A DNA stretch of 64,000 nt from Gammaproteobacteria bacterium (lineage in GTDB: Bacteria > Pseudomonadota > Gammaproteobacteria > Ga0077536). A program made the position numbers and the translations under genes. A model generated the notes under the pieces. It saw only the letters and a program-made list of their open reading frames with translations, was not told the DNA's origin and did not search any database. Positions 8,385-18,678 of this stretch are shown here, piece by piece. The stretch covers positions 8,015-72,014 of the forward strand of contig CBDCJB010000004.1 of the NCBI GenBank assembly GCA_965217605.1. Reading direction: 5' to 3'. Within the stretch, counting starts at the first letter, position 1; each line of letters starts with the position of its first letter.

Positions 8385-9686
8385 TCAGTCTCGATCGGGG
8401 CAGTCACGGTAGAAGTTCATGAGAGGTTCAAAGAGGTCCAACGTACGGGTGGACAGATACATGAACTGCAGTTCACGACTGTCTAGATCGACGTTACCAC
8501 GGGGCACGTGAAAAACGGACTTGCGAAGAGACTTGAGCGCTGCAAAATCGGGCTCGGACTCTATGAAAGCATCCAGTGCCGGGATTCGCAACGACGGCGC
8601 CTTTTTCATGGCCTGCTTATACAGCCTCAGCGGCTCATGTAACAATGCGAGGGTCACGCCCAGCAACGCTTGTTGGTTGTGATGCTCCTGTTCCGTTTTT
8701 GGAATGGTGTCGGCACGAAAGAACTGTTCGATATCGATTGACGTATCCTTGGATGGATCAACAGGACAGGCAAGTAACTTCTCAGGATCAATGTAGGAAG
8801 TGAATTCGTTATAGAATGCCAGTGCGCGCATGATCATCTGGACGCAACCCCGTTTTGCTTGTCTTATGCTGTCCGGGTAAAGCGTTCCGCGTCGACCGGA
8901 GTCGTTTGTTGCTGATGATTGTGAGGACCGTATTGGCTCCAGCGCGAAGAATTGAATTTGACTGGGGTTGCCGCGCAGATCCGAGGGATTGGGCCAGTGC
9001 GGCAATGGTCGATGGCAAATCCCTTTGGCGATTCGGTTGAGCTTCTCGATTCGACTGAAGCGTCTTGACTCCAGAGCCCTGCTAGCGATTTCCTTATCGC
9101 CTTCGGTAATGAAGTACGAGCCCATCGAATACCAGAATCTGACAGTATGGGCATCTATCAGGAATTGTGCGTCGAAAATCAGTTTTGTCAGGGCTTCGCG
9201 CTGTCGGTCCTCAGAAGAAAAGATTCCGTCGAGAGCGTCCTGGAATGAAGTGCGGTTTTGGGGGTGAAGTACGCTATCTCTCAACTCTCGCAAGTGCGCC
9301 AAGAAATCCTTGTTGCAGTTCAAGAAATCGGCCAGGGGTGCGTATCTGAAGTTGGAATTCCGCTTAACCAATCTCCTGTATGCCTCCAGTTCTTCGTGCA
9401 GCAGACACAGGTAGACGTCCAAGAGGCTGTCGATGAATATGCGGTGCATGTCGCGGCAGATGCCGGTGAGGTCCGCTTCTATGACTGACCTCGAATGTGT
9501 GGTGTATTTTTGACTGAACAGACCGACCGCTCCGGGGTCGATGATGGAGTTCGAGTCAGTCTCTTCCGAACTTCCCAGGTTGCGCAGGACGGCGTGGCGG
9601 ACGCCTTCGAGGACAAGGCATCGATGGTAGTGGATGTTGCAGCAGTGGTGCACTGCAATGGTTTCGGATTTCTTGTCGACGGGCAT
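8385..9686 (-). CDS. hypothetical protein (433 aa), lower GC. An overlapping upstream ORF (9556-10056) in another frame may be a 5' extension across a frameshift
   Basis: Long ORF with protein-like composition. I recognise no domain. Confidence 0.5.
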   Translation of the reverse strand: MPVDKKSETIAVHHCCNIHYHRCLVLEGVRHAVLRNLGSSEETDSNSIIDPGAVGLFSQKYTTHSRSVIEADLTGICRDMHRIFIDSLLDVYLCLLHEELEAYRRLVKRNSNFRYAPLADFLNCNKDFLAHLRELRDSVLHPQNRTSFQDALDGIFSSEDRQREALTKLIFDAQFLIDAHTVRFWYSMGSYFITEGDKEIASRALESRRFSRIEKLNRIAKGICHRPLPHWPNPSDLRGNPSQIQFFALEPIRSSQSSATNDSGRRGTLYPDSIRQAKRGCVQMIMRALAFYNEFTSYIDPEKLLACPVDPSKDTSIDIEQFFRADTIPKTEQEHHNQQALLGVTLALLHEPLRLYKQAMKKAPSLRIPALDAFIESEPDFAALKSLRKSVFHVPRGNVDLDSRELQFMYLSTRTLDLFEPLMNFYRDCPDRD

Positions 9687-10221
9687 GAAGTTCGAGCGCC
9701 GTAACAGGTCGATCTTTTCGTCGATATTTATGAGATGAACCGGTCATGTTGGGCGGGGTAGAACCGCAGGTCCAAAGATGAAGCTCGTCGACTCCGCGTG
9801 TGTCTGGTGGAGCGTCGCCGCTGCTGTGGGATGTGGGGGTTTTTGGGTTTGTCGATTTGAAATCCGGGACGGGCAGCGCTGCCTGTGAGAAAGATGAGTT
9901 GTCTAAGCTCGATGCTCGTCTCGTCAGGAATCCCAGGCTGCCTGGGGTGCTGTTGAACCACGCGCACAGTGCCTTCGGGATGTCCAGTGGTGTTGTGTCA
10001 TGCTGGATTGGCACCCACATTGAACCCACCGTCTGCTCTTTGCTGAGGATTGCCAACAGCTTACCGGAGTCCGTCCTAAACTTCGTGGGAGTGTTAGAAA
10101 TTCTGTGTCAATCCTTTAATCTAAGCGGAAAGGGGATTGAATCATGGCAGAGGAATTTGATTTTGAAGCCGCCCTGAAGGCAGTGCAATCAGGGCAATCG
10201 ATTACCGGCAAAGACGGTGTG

Positions 10222-11841
10222 CTAGCCCGGATATTTCATAAAAAAAGAGGGCAAGCCCTTTCTAATCCGTTATAATTCAGTTAGTTAGGCTGAAAACGGA
10301 AAGGACTCGCCCGTGACAGAATGTACCCAGACTGCGCTGCAATTTCCAGGCTTTTCTCGCCGCAAGATCGACGTCTCATTCAACGGCGGTGACATCACTT
10401 CCAACGGTGGGGTGCAGTTGCTGCGCTGGGCCGATGAACGGACCGGGTTGATCAAGGCCGCGGCACGGGCCATTGGGGATTCGCGCCGGAGAAAGAGCTG
10501 CACCCACGCTCTGGAGTCGCTGGTCCGACAGCGGGTCTATGGCCTTTCCCTGGGCTATGAGGACCTCAACGACCACGAGGCATTGCGCGCGGACTTGGCT
10601 CTGCAGACGGCGCTTTCCCGGGATGAGTCGCTGGCGAGCCCGTCGACGTTGTGCCGACTGGAGAACCGCGCGAACCGGAACACCGCGGTGGCCCTGCACA
10701 AGGGACTCATTGATAACTTTATCGCCGCTTACAAACAAGCGCCCCGACGACTGATACGCGATGTGGATGCCACCGACGATCGGGTGCAGGGTGATCAAGC
10801 GGGCCGCTTCTTCCACGGCGACTACGACCACGACTGCTGTCTGCCCTTGTACGTGTTCTGTGGCGATCAACGGTTGGTCAGTTATCTGCGTTCGAGCAAG
10901 ATCGACGGCGCAAAACACAGTGGGGCGATCTTGGCGCTGTTGATCAAACGGTTGCGCCAGGCGTGGCCGAAGGTCGAGATCCTGGTGCGCGCCGATGCCG
11001 GCTTTTGCCGCTGGCGGATGCTGCGCTGGTTCGATCGCCACGGCGTGGATTACGTCATGGGTATCGCGAAAAACCCGCGTTTGCACGATCAATCGTTAGC
11101 GTTGCGCACGTTGGCTCAGTGGCGGTATTGGATGATGGGTGAGAAGCAGCGCCTGTTCAGCGAGGTCCGTTACGCCGCACCGACTTGGGATACCCCGCGA
11201 CGGGTGATCGTCAAGGCCGAGCACAGCGCCCGCGGCAGCAATCCCCGCTTCGTGGTGACCCACCTCACCGGCAAGGCCCAACGCATCTACGACCGCCTCT
11301 ACTGCGCCCGCGGCGAGATGGAGAACCGGATCAAGGAGCAGCAGTTGGGCCTGTTTGCCGATCGCACCAGTTGCCACACCTGGTGGGCCAATCAGTTCCG
11401 GCTGTTGCTCTCAAGCTTGGCTTACACGCTGTTGGAGACGATCCGCCGGGTGGCACTACACGCAACGGCACGGGCTCGCGCGCAAGGCGGCACGCTGCGC
11501 CTGAAACTATTACGCATCGGCGCCATCGTCTTGCGCAATACCAGGCGCATCCGACTGTTGCTCTCCAGTGCTTACCCCCATCGAGAACTGTTCTGCCTGG
11601 TGGCCGCTCGCCTCAAGCCGGGATAGTCGTCCCAACGCCAGTCGCCTCGTGTGCGATTCCTTGTGAGTCGGGGTGTCGCTCGCCTCCGAAACGACTCGTG
11701 CATCGCAATCGGCGATAAATCCACCGGTGGCGCGCCGAAACGTCGCGCTCAAGCGCCGCTTCGTGCCACCACCAACGAATTCCGACCCATGATCGACCAA
11801 CTCCACGCACAATCTCACTGCTCATGCAATATCCGGGCTAG
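10222..11841 (+). mobile_element. IS1380/IS4-superfamily-like insertion sequence, copy A (1612-bp core flanked by CTAG on both sides; termini CCCGGATATT(T/G)CAT)
   Basis: Identical to copies at 16467-18086 and 48237-49808. All three are flanked by CTAG, so a 4-bp CTAG target duplication. It interrupts the IS256 tnp ORF in frame (GV|LGPLVK). Confidence 0.85.
10313..11626 (+). CDS. DDE transposase (437 aa) of the IS1380-like element
   Basis: GTG start. The C-terminal YCARGEMENRIKEQQLGLFADRTSCHTWWANQFRLLLSSLAYTL block is typical of IS4-superfamily (IS1380/IS701-like) transposases. Confidence 0.85.
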   Translation: MTECTQTALQFPGFSRRKIDVSFNGGDITSNGGVQLLRWADERTGLIKAAARAIGDSRRRKSCTHALESLVRQRVYGLSLGYEDLNDHEALRADLALQTALSRDESLASPSTLCRLENRANRNTAVALHKGLIDNFIAAYKQAPRRLIRDVDATDDRVQGDQAGRFFHGDYDHDCCLPLYVFCGDQRLVSYLRSSKIDGAKHSGAILALLIKRLRQAWPKVEILVRADAGFCRWRMLRWFDRHGVDYVMGIAKNPRLHDQSLALRTLAQWRYWMMGEKQRLFSEVRYAAPTWDTPRRVIVKAEHSARGSNPRFVVTHLTGKAQRIYDRLYCARGEMENRIKEQQLGLFADRTSCHTWWANQFRLLLSSLAYTLLETIRRVALHATARARAQGGTLRLKLLRIGAIVLRNTRRIRLLLSSAYPHRELFCLVAARLKPG

Positions 11842-11849
11842 GCCCGCTG

Positions 11850-12131
11850 GTGAAGCAGTTGACGGAGGCAGCGCTGGAGGCAGCGCTCGATTCGCACCGG
11901 GTCGAAGAACTCGCCGAGAACCGCAAGAACGGTAAATCGAAGAAGACCGTGAAAAGCACCAGCGGCGAGTTCGAGCTTGAGACGCCGCGGGATGGTGCTG
12001 GCACGTTCGAGCCGCAGCTGGTGAAAAAACACCAGCGCACGGTCTCCGATGAGATCGAGAGCAAGATTCTGTCGATGTACGGACTTGGGATGAGCTACGC
12101 CGACATTGCCGGGCACGTTGAGGAGATGTAG
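11850..12131 (+). pseudogene. IS256-family transposase fragment (continuation after the IS insertion)
   Basis: KQLTEAALEAALDSH...NGKSKKTVKSTSGEFELETPRDGAGTFEPQLVKKHQRTVSDEIESKILSMYGLGMSYADIAGHVEEM is the conserved IS256 tnp N-domain. Confidence 0.75.
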
Positions 12132-12308
12132 GGGATCAGCGTCTCGATGGCGGCGATCTCAACGATCACCGACAAACTGATCGACGCGGTTAAAGCCTGG
12201 CTGTGAATCCCGGAGACAAAATGGTCAGTGGAACCGGTCGGATAATCTGACCATCGCGGAGTAAAAGTCCGCATCTTAGGCCCGAGGCGAACGAGCTGAG
12301 GGCGGGAG

Positions 12309-13801
12309 ATGTATTCTGTGGATTTATACAGCCGGGTGCGGCGTGCGTGCCATGTTGAAGGGATGAGCAAGAGCGCGGCGGCGCGCCAGTTTGGGATCGA
12401 TCGCAAGACAGTCGCGAAGATGCTGGAGCACGCGGTTGCGCCTGGATACCGCCGGACGGGCCCTCCGGTGCGGCCCAAGCTTGACCCGTTCATTCCGATC
12501 ATCGACCAGATCCTCGAAGAGGACAAAGGCCGGCTGAAGAAGCAACGGCACACCGCGAAGCGGATCTTCGAGCGCCTGCGGGACGAACACGGCTTCACCG
12601 GTGGGGTCACGTCACGGATTACGTACGTGTGAAGAAGCGCCAGATCGGGAGGTCTTCGTGCCGCTGACGCACGCGCCGGGCCATGCCCAGGTGGACTTCG
12701 GCGAGGCGCTTGGTGTGATCGGCGGCGTGCAGCGCAAGCTGCACTATGTTGCGATGGTAGTGCCGCAGTCGGATGCCTTCTTCATCAAAGCGTATCCTGC
12801 CGAGACGGCCGAAGCTTTCTGCGACGGGCATGTCTCGGCGGTTGCGTTTTTTGGCGGTGTGCCGCTATCGGTACTCTACGACAACACCACCATCGCGGTT
12901 GCGAAGATCCTTGGCGACGGTACTCGCAAGCGCACCAGCGTTTTTTCCGAGTTGCAGTCGCACGACCTGTTCGAGGATCGGTTCGGCCGGCCGGGCAAGG
13001 GCAACGACAAGGGGTCGGTGGAGGGGGTGATCGGCTTTGCCCGGCGGAACTTCCTGGTCCCGATGCCCCGCTTCGAGAGCTTCGAGGCGCTGAATGCTTG
13101 GCTGGAGGTACAGTGCCTCAAGCGCCAGAGCGAGGTGCTGCGCGGGCACAGCGAGATGATCGGCGAACGCTTACTGCACGACCTGGATGCCCTGATGGCG
13201 TTACCAGCCGTCTGCTACGACGCTTGCGAGAGAGTCAGCACCCGGGCCACGTCGATCTCGATGGTGCGCGACCGCGGCAGCGACGACTCGGTGCCAGTCG
13301 CCTACGCCCATCACGAGGTTCAGGTTCGAGGCTATGTCGACAAGGTCGTCATCGGCTGCGGAGCTGAGGTGGTCGCGCGGCACCGCCGATCCTACGAGAA
13401 GGCTGACATGGTCTTCGATCCTATGCACTTCCTGCCGCTCCTGGAGCAGAAGGTCGGCGCACTCGACGGCCTGGCCGTTGCAGGGCTGGGCGTTGCCCGG
13501 GGAGTTCGCCACGCTGCGCCGGTTGCTCGAGGCGCGGATGGATAAGCGGGGCAAACGCGAATACGTTCAGGTGCTTCGGCTTCTCGAGACCTTCGAAATG
13601 GACCCTGTCCAAGGCGCCGTCAGGCCGGCGCTCGATCGCGGTGCGATCGGCTACGACGCAGTCAAACACCTGGTGCTGTGCCGGGTTGAGCGGCGCCCGC
13701 CGCGGCTCGATCTCGACATCTATCCCGACCTGCCCCGAGCAAGAGTAGAAACCACGAAGCCGGCCAGCTACATGAGCCTGATGCCGGGAGCGGCGGTATG
13801 A
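12309..13801 (+). pseudogene. istA: IS21 transposase IstA, at least two frameshifts (segments 12309-12632, 12601-13545, 13334-13801)
   Basis: HTH N-terminus, DDE core and C-terminus appear in three different frames. Confidence 0.8.
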
Positions 13802-14550
13802 GTGACACACCACAAGTGCTGCTGCACCACCACCTCAAGAAGCTCCGCCTGCCCACCTTCCACAGCGAATACGCCAAACTTGCCCGGCCATGTGCGGCCG
13901 AGGGCAACGATCACGTGCAGTATCTTCTCCGGCTCTGCGAACTGGAGCTGATCGAGCGCGAGCGGCGGATGGTCGAACGGCGCATTAAAGCCGCGAAGTT
14001 CCCGGCAACAAAGAGCCTGGATAGCTTCGACTTCAAGGCCATCCCGTCGCTCAACAAGGCACTGACGATGGAACTGGCCCGCTGCGAGTTCGTCAATCGG
14101 CGTGAGAACGTCATCGCCCTGGGCCCGAGCGGCACCGGCAAGACCCACGTTGCCCTCGGCCTGGGACTGGCAGCCTGCCAGAAGGGTCTGAAGGTCTGCT
14201 TCACAATCGCGGCTGCACTTGTGCACGAACTGATCGAAGCCGCAGACGCGCGCCGCCTGCAGCGCCTTCACAAGCAGCTTGCCAGCCAGGATCTGCTCAT
14301 CATCGATGAACTCGGCTTCGTACCTCTGTCAAAGACGGGGGCCGAACTGCTCTTCGAGATCATCTCCCAGAGCTACGAACGCGGCTCGATCATCATCACG
14401 TCCAACCTGCCGTTCGACGAATGGACCGAGGTCTTCGGATCGGAACGCCTCACAGGCGCCATTCTCGACCGCCTGACACACCACGTACACATCCTCGAAA
14501 TGAACGGCGAGAGCTTCCGGATGCGCCAAAGCCGCAAGACCAGAACCTGA
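13798..14550 (+). CDS. istB: IS21 helper ATPase IstB (Walker A GPSGTGKTH)
   Basis: Full-length, canonical IstB sequence. Start overlaps the istA end. Confidence 0.9.
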   Translation: MSDTPQVLLHHHLKKLRLPTFHSEYAKLARPCAAEGNDHVQYLLRLCELELIERERRMVERRIKAAKFPATKSLDSFDFKAIPSLNKALTMELARCEFVNRRENVIALGPSGTGKTHVALGLGLAACQKGLKVCFTIAAALVHELIEAADARRLQRLHKQLASQDLLIIDELGFVPLSKTGAELLFEIISQSYERGSIIITSNLPFDEWTEVFGSERLTGAILDRLTHHVHILEMNGESFRMRQSRKTRT

Positions 14551-14711
14551 TCTCGCAACAGACCAACGGCAACAATACTGGCCTGCGGTCAGTGCGCCTT
14601 GGCACGCGTCAGCTCAATGGGGAGCACGTGCGCCAAGGCGGTGCCAGTACCCGAAAACTGGGGACTATTCCGCCGGTGAATTGACCCTTTTTGCTCCGGG
14701 ATTGACAACGC

Positions 14712-14900
14712 ATGTGTGGAGCGCTTCAACGGCAAGTTCCGCGAATACTGTTTCAATCTCAATGGGTTCGCCAGCATCGAGGACGCGAGAGCGACGACCG
14801 ATACCTGACAGACGCATTACAACTACATTCGACTACATCGGTCAACCGGCAACAAACCACCTGCCGTGTTCGCAAAGCAAGCTGTCTGATAGGCTTCATC
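14712..14900 (+). pseudogene. IS3-family OrfB C-terminal fragment (...VERFNGKFREYCFNLNGFASIEDARATTDT*..YIRLHRSTGNKPPAVFAK)
   Basis: Matches the conserved C-terminal block of IS3 transposases. It has stops and shifts and sits immediately right of the IS21 end. Confidence 0.5.
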
Positions 14901-14936
14901 TCCCACATGCCACGTGGCTCGAAATAAAGGGTACGG

Positions 14937-16304
14937 TCAAAGATTGCTGGCTTCGCGGAGTTTGCGCATGATCCGGTCTTCGACCCATTGGCTGCTCCAC
15001 CAATCGATCGGTGTGACAGCCGTGCCATGCAAGAGCATCGTGAAGTGTAGGTGATCGCCTCCCGCCAAGCCCGTCGCACCGCTTCGCCCGAGTTGTTGGC
15101 CCATCTCGCTCATCGCGCCGACTCCGACGTTGATAGATGATAAGTGTGCGTAAAGCGACTGCAGGCCCATGCCATGATCGAGAATCACGCTGTTACCGTA
15201 AATGCCGAGCCAGCCGGAATGGACGACGCGGCCGCTGTTCGCGGCAAGCACGGGCGCCGCAGCCGTTGAAGCGAGGTCAAAACCCAAGTGTGTTTGGTGA
15301 TCGACGACCTCACCTTCATATACATAGTCGCGCTGATCGGCAAAGCCTGATTCGACAGCCGTGTTGATGAGCTGCTTGAAGGCTCCCTGCCAGAGGATCT
15401 CGGGCGCTGTCTTGGCACTCTGGCTCGCAATATACGCATCGTTTTCACGACGCATATCGCTGTTGATCGCGACATAGGACGCCAGCAGATTGGATGGGTC
15501 GTCAACAAAGAAGTCCGGCGAATTCTGCAGGATGGCCGGCACGACGCGCGACATAAAGCTATCATTTAAGTTGATGCGGTTTTCCCGAAACCGCTTTGGA
15601 AAGACACGTTGATCAAAAGTTGCACTGCCTTCGTTGCTGAGAGAATCGCGCGCGAAGACGCTGATGGGCGTGTTGAGATCCTGATCCCAGGAGAGTGCGT
15701 AAAACGCAACATGCAATGATGAATCGGCATTCTCGATACCTGCGCCAGCGGCCGGGAAACCCGGATACTCACGCTCACCTACGCGCACGCCCGAGATAGA
15801 ATCGGCCGGTGTTACACGATAAACGACGAGTTCGGAACCGCCGTGATTAATGTAGTGAAATTGTGATTGCACGCCGATGGCCGGCGGGCGCAAACGAACT
15901 TCAATCTCCAGCTCGGATTTGGTCACGGCCTTGCGATAGCCAAATAATACGGGCCGGACGGCTGTGACGGCGACACTTGCCGCACCCTCACTGAGCATTT
16001 CGAACCGCTGCCGACCGATGGGTTGCCTGAGAACCAAACGATCCTCACCTTCACGCGCGAGCCCAGAGACATCACCGGGCCCAAGATTGAATACTTGCAG
16101 CGTCTCGCCATCCTGTTCGAGCGTCACATCAAGCCTGTTGAGCTCGCCACCCGGCGTATCGATCGTCATGACGAGTTCACCGATTTGGCCGATGGCCACT
16201 GGCTCTATGAATTCGATGGTGGGACCCGGCGCGCTCCCGGCCCTGAACCAAGCCGCGCCAGCGCCCGCGGCCATTAAGAGCAGTAGCGCAAAGTATTTTC
16301 TCAT
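14937..16304 (-). CDS. M23 family metallopeptidase (murein endopeptidase-like) with N-terminal signal peptide
   Basis: Signal peptide MRKYFALLLLMAAGAGAAW. C-terminal HLGFDLA...GIYGNSVILDHGMGLQSLYAHLS...GATGLAGGDHLHF carries the M23 HxxxD/HxH motifs. Confidence 0.85.
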   Translation of the reverse strand: MRKYFALLLLMAAGAGAAWFRAGSAPGPTIEFIEPVAIGQIGELVMTIDTPGGELNRLDVTLEQDGETLQVFNLGPGDVSGLAREGEDRLVLRQPIGRQRFEMLSEGAASVAVTAVRPVLFGYRKAVTKSELEIEVRLRPPAIGVQSQFHYINHGGSELVVYRVTPADSISGVRVGEREYPGFPAAGAGIENADSSLHVAFYALSWDQDLNTPISVFARDSLSNEGSATFDQRVFPKRFRENRINLNDSFMSRVVPAILQNSPDFFVDDPSNLLASYVAINSDMRRENDAYIASQSAKTAPEILWQGAFKQLINTAVESGFADQRDYVYEGEVVDHQTHLGFDLASTAAAPVLAANSGRVVHSGWLGIYGNSVILDHGMGLQSLYAHLSSINVGVGAMSEMGQQLGRSGATGLAGGDHLHFTMLLHGTAVTPIDWWSSQWVEDRIMRKLREASNL

Positions 16305-16466
16305 GCGCTAGATTTTAGCAGTCCTGCGCTGATACAAGTTCTCCGATCGCATGCCGGAGATTCTGTAACCGGGCAGTTGCGCAGAATTATTTGCAGGCTC
16401 ATAACGCGACCAAATAGCTCAACTTGACAATACCGGCTCACCCAACCATGGCGGTCGCAGCTGGGT

Positions 16467-18086
16467 CTAGCCCGGATATTTCATAAAAAAAGAGGGCAAG
16501 CCCTTTCTAATCCGTTATAATTCAGTTAGTTAGGCTGAAAACGGAAAGGACTCGCCCGTGACAGAATGTACCCAGACTGCGCTGCAATTTCCAGGCTTTT
16601 CTCGCCGCAAGATCGACGTCTCATTCAACGGCGGTGACATCACTTCCAACGGTGGGGTGCAGTTGCTGCGCTGGGCCGATGAACGGACCGGGTTGATCAA
16701 GGCCGCGGCACGGGCCATTGGGGATTCGCGCCGGAGAAAGAGCTGCACCCACGCTCTGGAGTCGCTGGTCCGACAGCGGGTCTATGGCCTTTCCCTGGGC
16801 TATGAGGACCTCAACGACCACGAGGCATTGCGCGCGGACTTGGCTCTGCAGACGGCGCTTTCCCGGGATGCGTCGCTGGCGAGCCCGTCGACGTTGTGCC
16901 GACTGGAGAACCGCGCGAACCGGAACACCGCGGTGGCCCTGCACAAGGGACTCATTGATAACTTTATCGCCGCTTACAAACAAGCGCCCCGACGACTGAT
17001 ACGCGATGTGGATGCCACCGACGATCGGGTGCAGGGTGATCAAGCGGGCCGCTTCTTCCACGGCGACTACGACCACGACTGCTGTCTGCCCTTGTACGTG
17101 TTCTGTGGCGATCAACGGTTGGTCAGTTATCTGCGTTCGAGCAAGATCGACGGCGCAAAACACAGTGGGGCGATCTTGGCGCTGTTGATCAAACGGTTGC
17201 GCCAGGCGTGGCCGAAGGTCGAGATCCTGGTGCGCGCCGATGCCGGCTTTTGCCGCTGGCGGATGCTGCGCTGGTTCGATCGCCACGGCGTGGATTACGT
17301 CATGGGTATCGCGAAAAACCCGCGTTTGCACGATCAATCGTTAGCGTTGCGCACGTTGGCTCAGTGGCGGTATTGGATGATGGGTGAGAAGCAGCGCCTG
17401 TTCAGCGAGGTCCGTTACGCCGCACCGACTTGGGATACCCCGCGACGGGTGATCGTCAAGGCCGAGCACAGCGCCCGCGGCAGCAATCCCCGCTTCGTGG
17501 TGACCCACCTCACCGGCAAGGCCCAACGCATCTACGACCGCCTCTACTGCGCCCGCGGCGAGATGGAGAACCGGATCAAGGAGCAGCAGTTGGGCCTGTT
17601 TGCCGATCGCACCAGTTGCCACACCTGGTGGGCCAATCAGTTCCGGCTGTTGCTCTCAAGCTTGGCTTACACGCTGTTGGAGACGATCCGCCGGGTGGCA
17701 CTACACGCAACGGCACGGGCTCGCGCGCAAGGCGGCACGCTGCGCCTGAAACTATTACGCATCGGCGCCATCGTCTTGCGCAATACCAGGCGCATCCGAC
17801 TGTTGCTCTCCAGTGCTTACCCCCATCGAGAACTGTTCTGCCTGGTGGCCGCTCGCCTCAAGCCGGGATAGTCGTCCCAACGCCAGTCGCCTCGTGTGCG
17901 ATTCCTTGTGAGTCGGGGTGTCGCTCGCCTCCGAAACGACTCGTGCATCGCAATCGGCGATAAATCCACCGGTGGCGCGCCGAAACGTCGTGCTCAAGCG
18001 CCGCTTCGTGCCACCACCAACGAATTCCGACCCATGATCGACCAACTCCATGCACAATCTCACTGCTCATGCAATATCCGGGCTAG
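16467..18086 (+). mobile_element. IS1380-like IS, copy B (identical length to copy A, CTAG flanks)
   Basis: Sequence identity with 10222-11841 through both termini. Confidence 0.85.
16558..17871 (+). CDS. DDE transposase of IS1380-like copy B (437 aa)
   Basis: Near-identical to 10313-11626. Confidence 0.85.
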   Translation: MTECTQTALQFPGFSRRKIDVSFNGGDITSNGGVQLLRWADERTGLIKAAARAIGDSRRRKSCTHALESLVRQRVYGLSLGYEDLNDHEALRADLALQTALSRDASLASPSTLCRLENRANRNTAVALHKGLIDNFIAAYKQAPRRLIRDVDATDDRVQGDQAGRFFHGDYDHDCCLPLYVFCGDQRLVSYLRSSKIDGAKHSGAILALLIKRLRQAWPKVEILVRADAGFCRWRMLRWFDRHGVDYVMGIAKNPRLHDQSLALRTLAQWRYWMMGEKQRLFSEVRYAAPTWDTPRRVIVKAEHSARGSNPRFVVTHLTGKAQRIYDRLYCARGEMENRIKEQQLGLFADRTSCHTWWANQFRLLLSSLAYTLLETIRRVALHATARARAQGGTLRLKLLRIGAIVLRNTRRIRLLLSSAYPHRELFCLVAARLKPG

Positions 18087-18243
18087 GCCCTCACCATGCC
18101 CCTGTGTTCGGTCGGGTCCACGTCCTTGCTGCCGCGCGTTGGTATGCGGCGCACGGATATTAGGATCGTACTTACAGAAGCCGATCGGGAAGGCCGGGCC
18201 CTAAAATCGGCCTATTCGGGCCGGTCTGTCTCAGATACTGCTA

Positions 18244-18618
18244 TCACCAGCAGCGTTTTTCCAATGCGAGAATAGCCACCTTATAAAATGCGGCGTTAGT
18301 TCCCTGCAATAAGTTATCGGCGGCGCGGTCCGCGCGGCGCTGTATTTCCTCGCAGGATGTCTCAGCAAGTGACGGCGTCCAGCAGCGGCCAACCAGTTCG
18401 TTAATCGCAGCCCGGTAATAGGCGGCGTTTGTCCCCTCAAGGATGCGGTCTGCAGCGCGGTTTGCTCGACGCTGAAGTTCAGCGCAGGACGCCTCGGCTA
18501 GCGGTAGGCCAACCTGACGCCCGCGCTCGGCGCGAGCAGCCGCCTGCTCTGGCGATTCAACTGCCTCCTGTAGCGCACTGCATCCGGTAAAAAGCGCCGC
18601 GATCACGACGAACCGCAT
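18244..18618 (-). CDS. small lipoprotein with two tandem ~38-aa repeats, each containing a Cys pair (SCAELQRRANRAADRILEGTNAAYYRAAINELVGRCW / SCEEIQRRADRAADNLLQGTNAAFYKVAILALEKRCW)
   Basis: Lipobox MRFVVIAALFTGC at the internal Met. The internal duplication was read directly from the translation. Confidence 0.5.
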   Translation of the reverse strand: MRFVVIAALFTGCSALQEAVESPEQAAARAERGRQVGLPLAEASCAELQRRANRAADRILEGTNAAYYRAAINELVGRCWTPSLAETSCEEIQRRADRAADNLLQGTNAAFYKVAILALEKRCW

Positions 18619-18678
18619 GAACGGGGCTAACGGAGTCTCGCTATCCAGGGGCATAGATTAAGGGGCTTATATGCAAAG

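Larger units (their letters stand above)
10144..12203 (+). mobile_element. IS256-family element remnant: transposase N-terminus MAEEFDFEAALKAVQSGQSITGKDGV | (IS insertion) | LGPLVKQLTEAALEAALDSH...ISTITDKLIDAVKAW, truncated by IS21
   Basis: Classic N-terminal sequence of IS256/mutator-type transposases. It is split exactly at a CTAG by the IS1380-like copy A. The coding region stops at 12203, where the IS21 terminal repeat begins. Confidence 0.75.
12202..14705 (+). mobile_element. IS21-family element (~2.5 kb) with imperfect ~35-bp terminal inverted repeats (TGTGAATCCCGGAG... / ...CTCCGGGATTGACA)
   Basis: istA + istB gene pair. The termini were compared directly. The element is inserted between the IS256 remnant and an IS3 orfB remnant. 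Confidence 0.8.

Noticed and set aside
9800-10177. 125-aa plus-strand ORF
   Set aside because: It runs through intergenic sequence into the IS256 transposase start in a different frame. It is not protein-like.
10376-11092. 238-aa minus-strand ORF inside each IS1380-like transposase gene (also 16621-17337, 48391-49059)
   Set aside because: Antisense shadow of the transposase. Repeated only because the IS is repeated.
12865-13149. Several 80-120-aa minus-strand ORFs within IS21 istA
   Set aside because: Antisense to istA segments.
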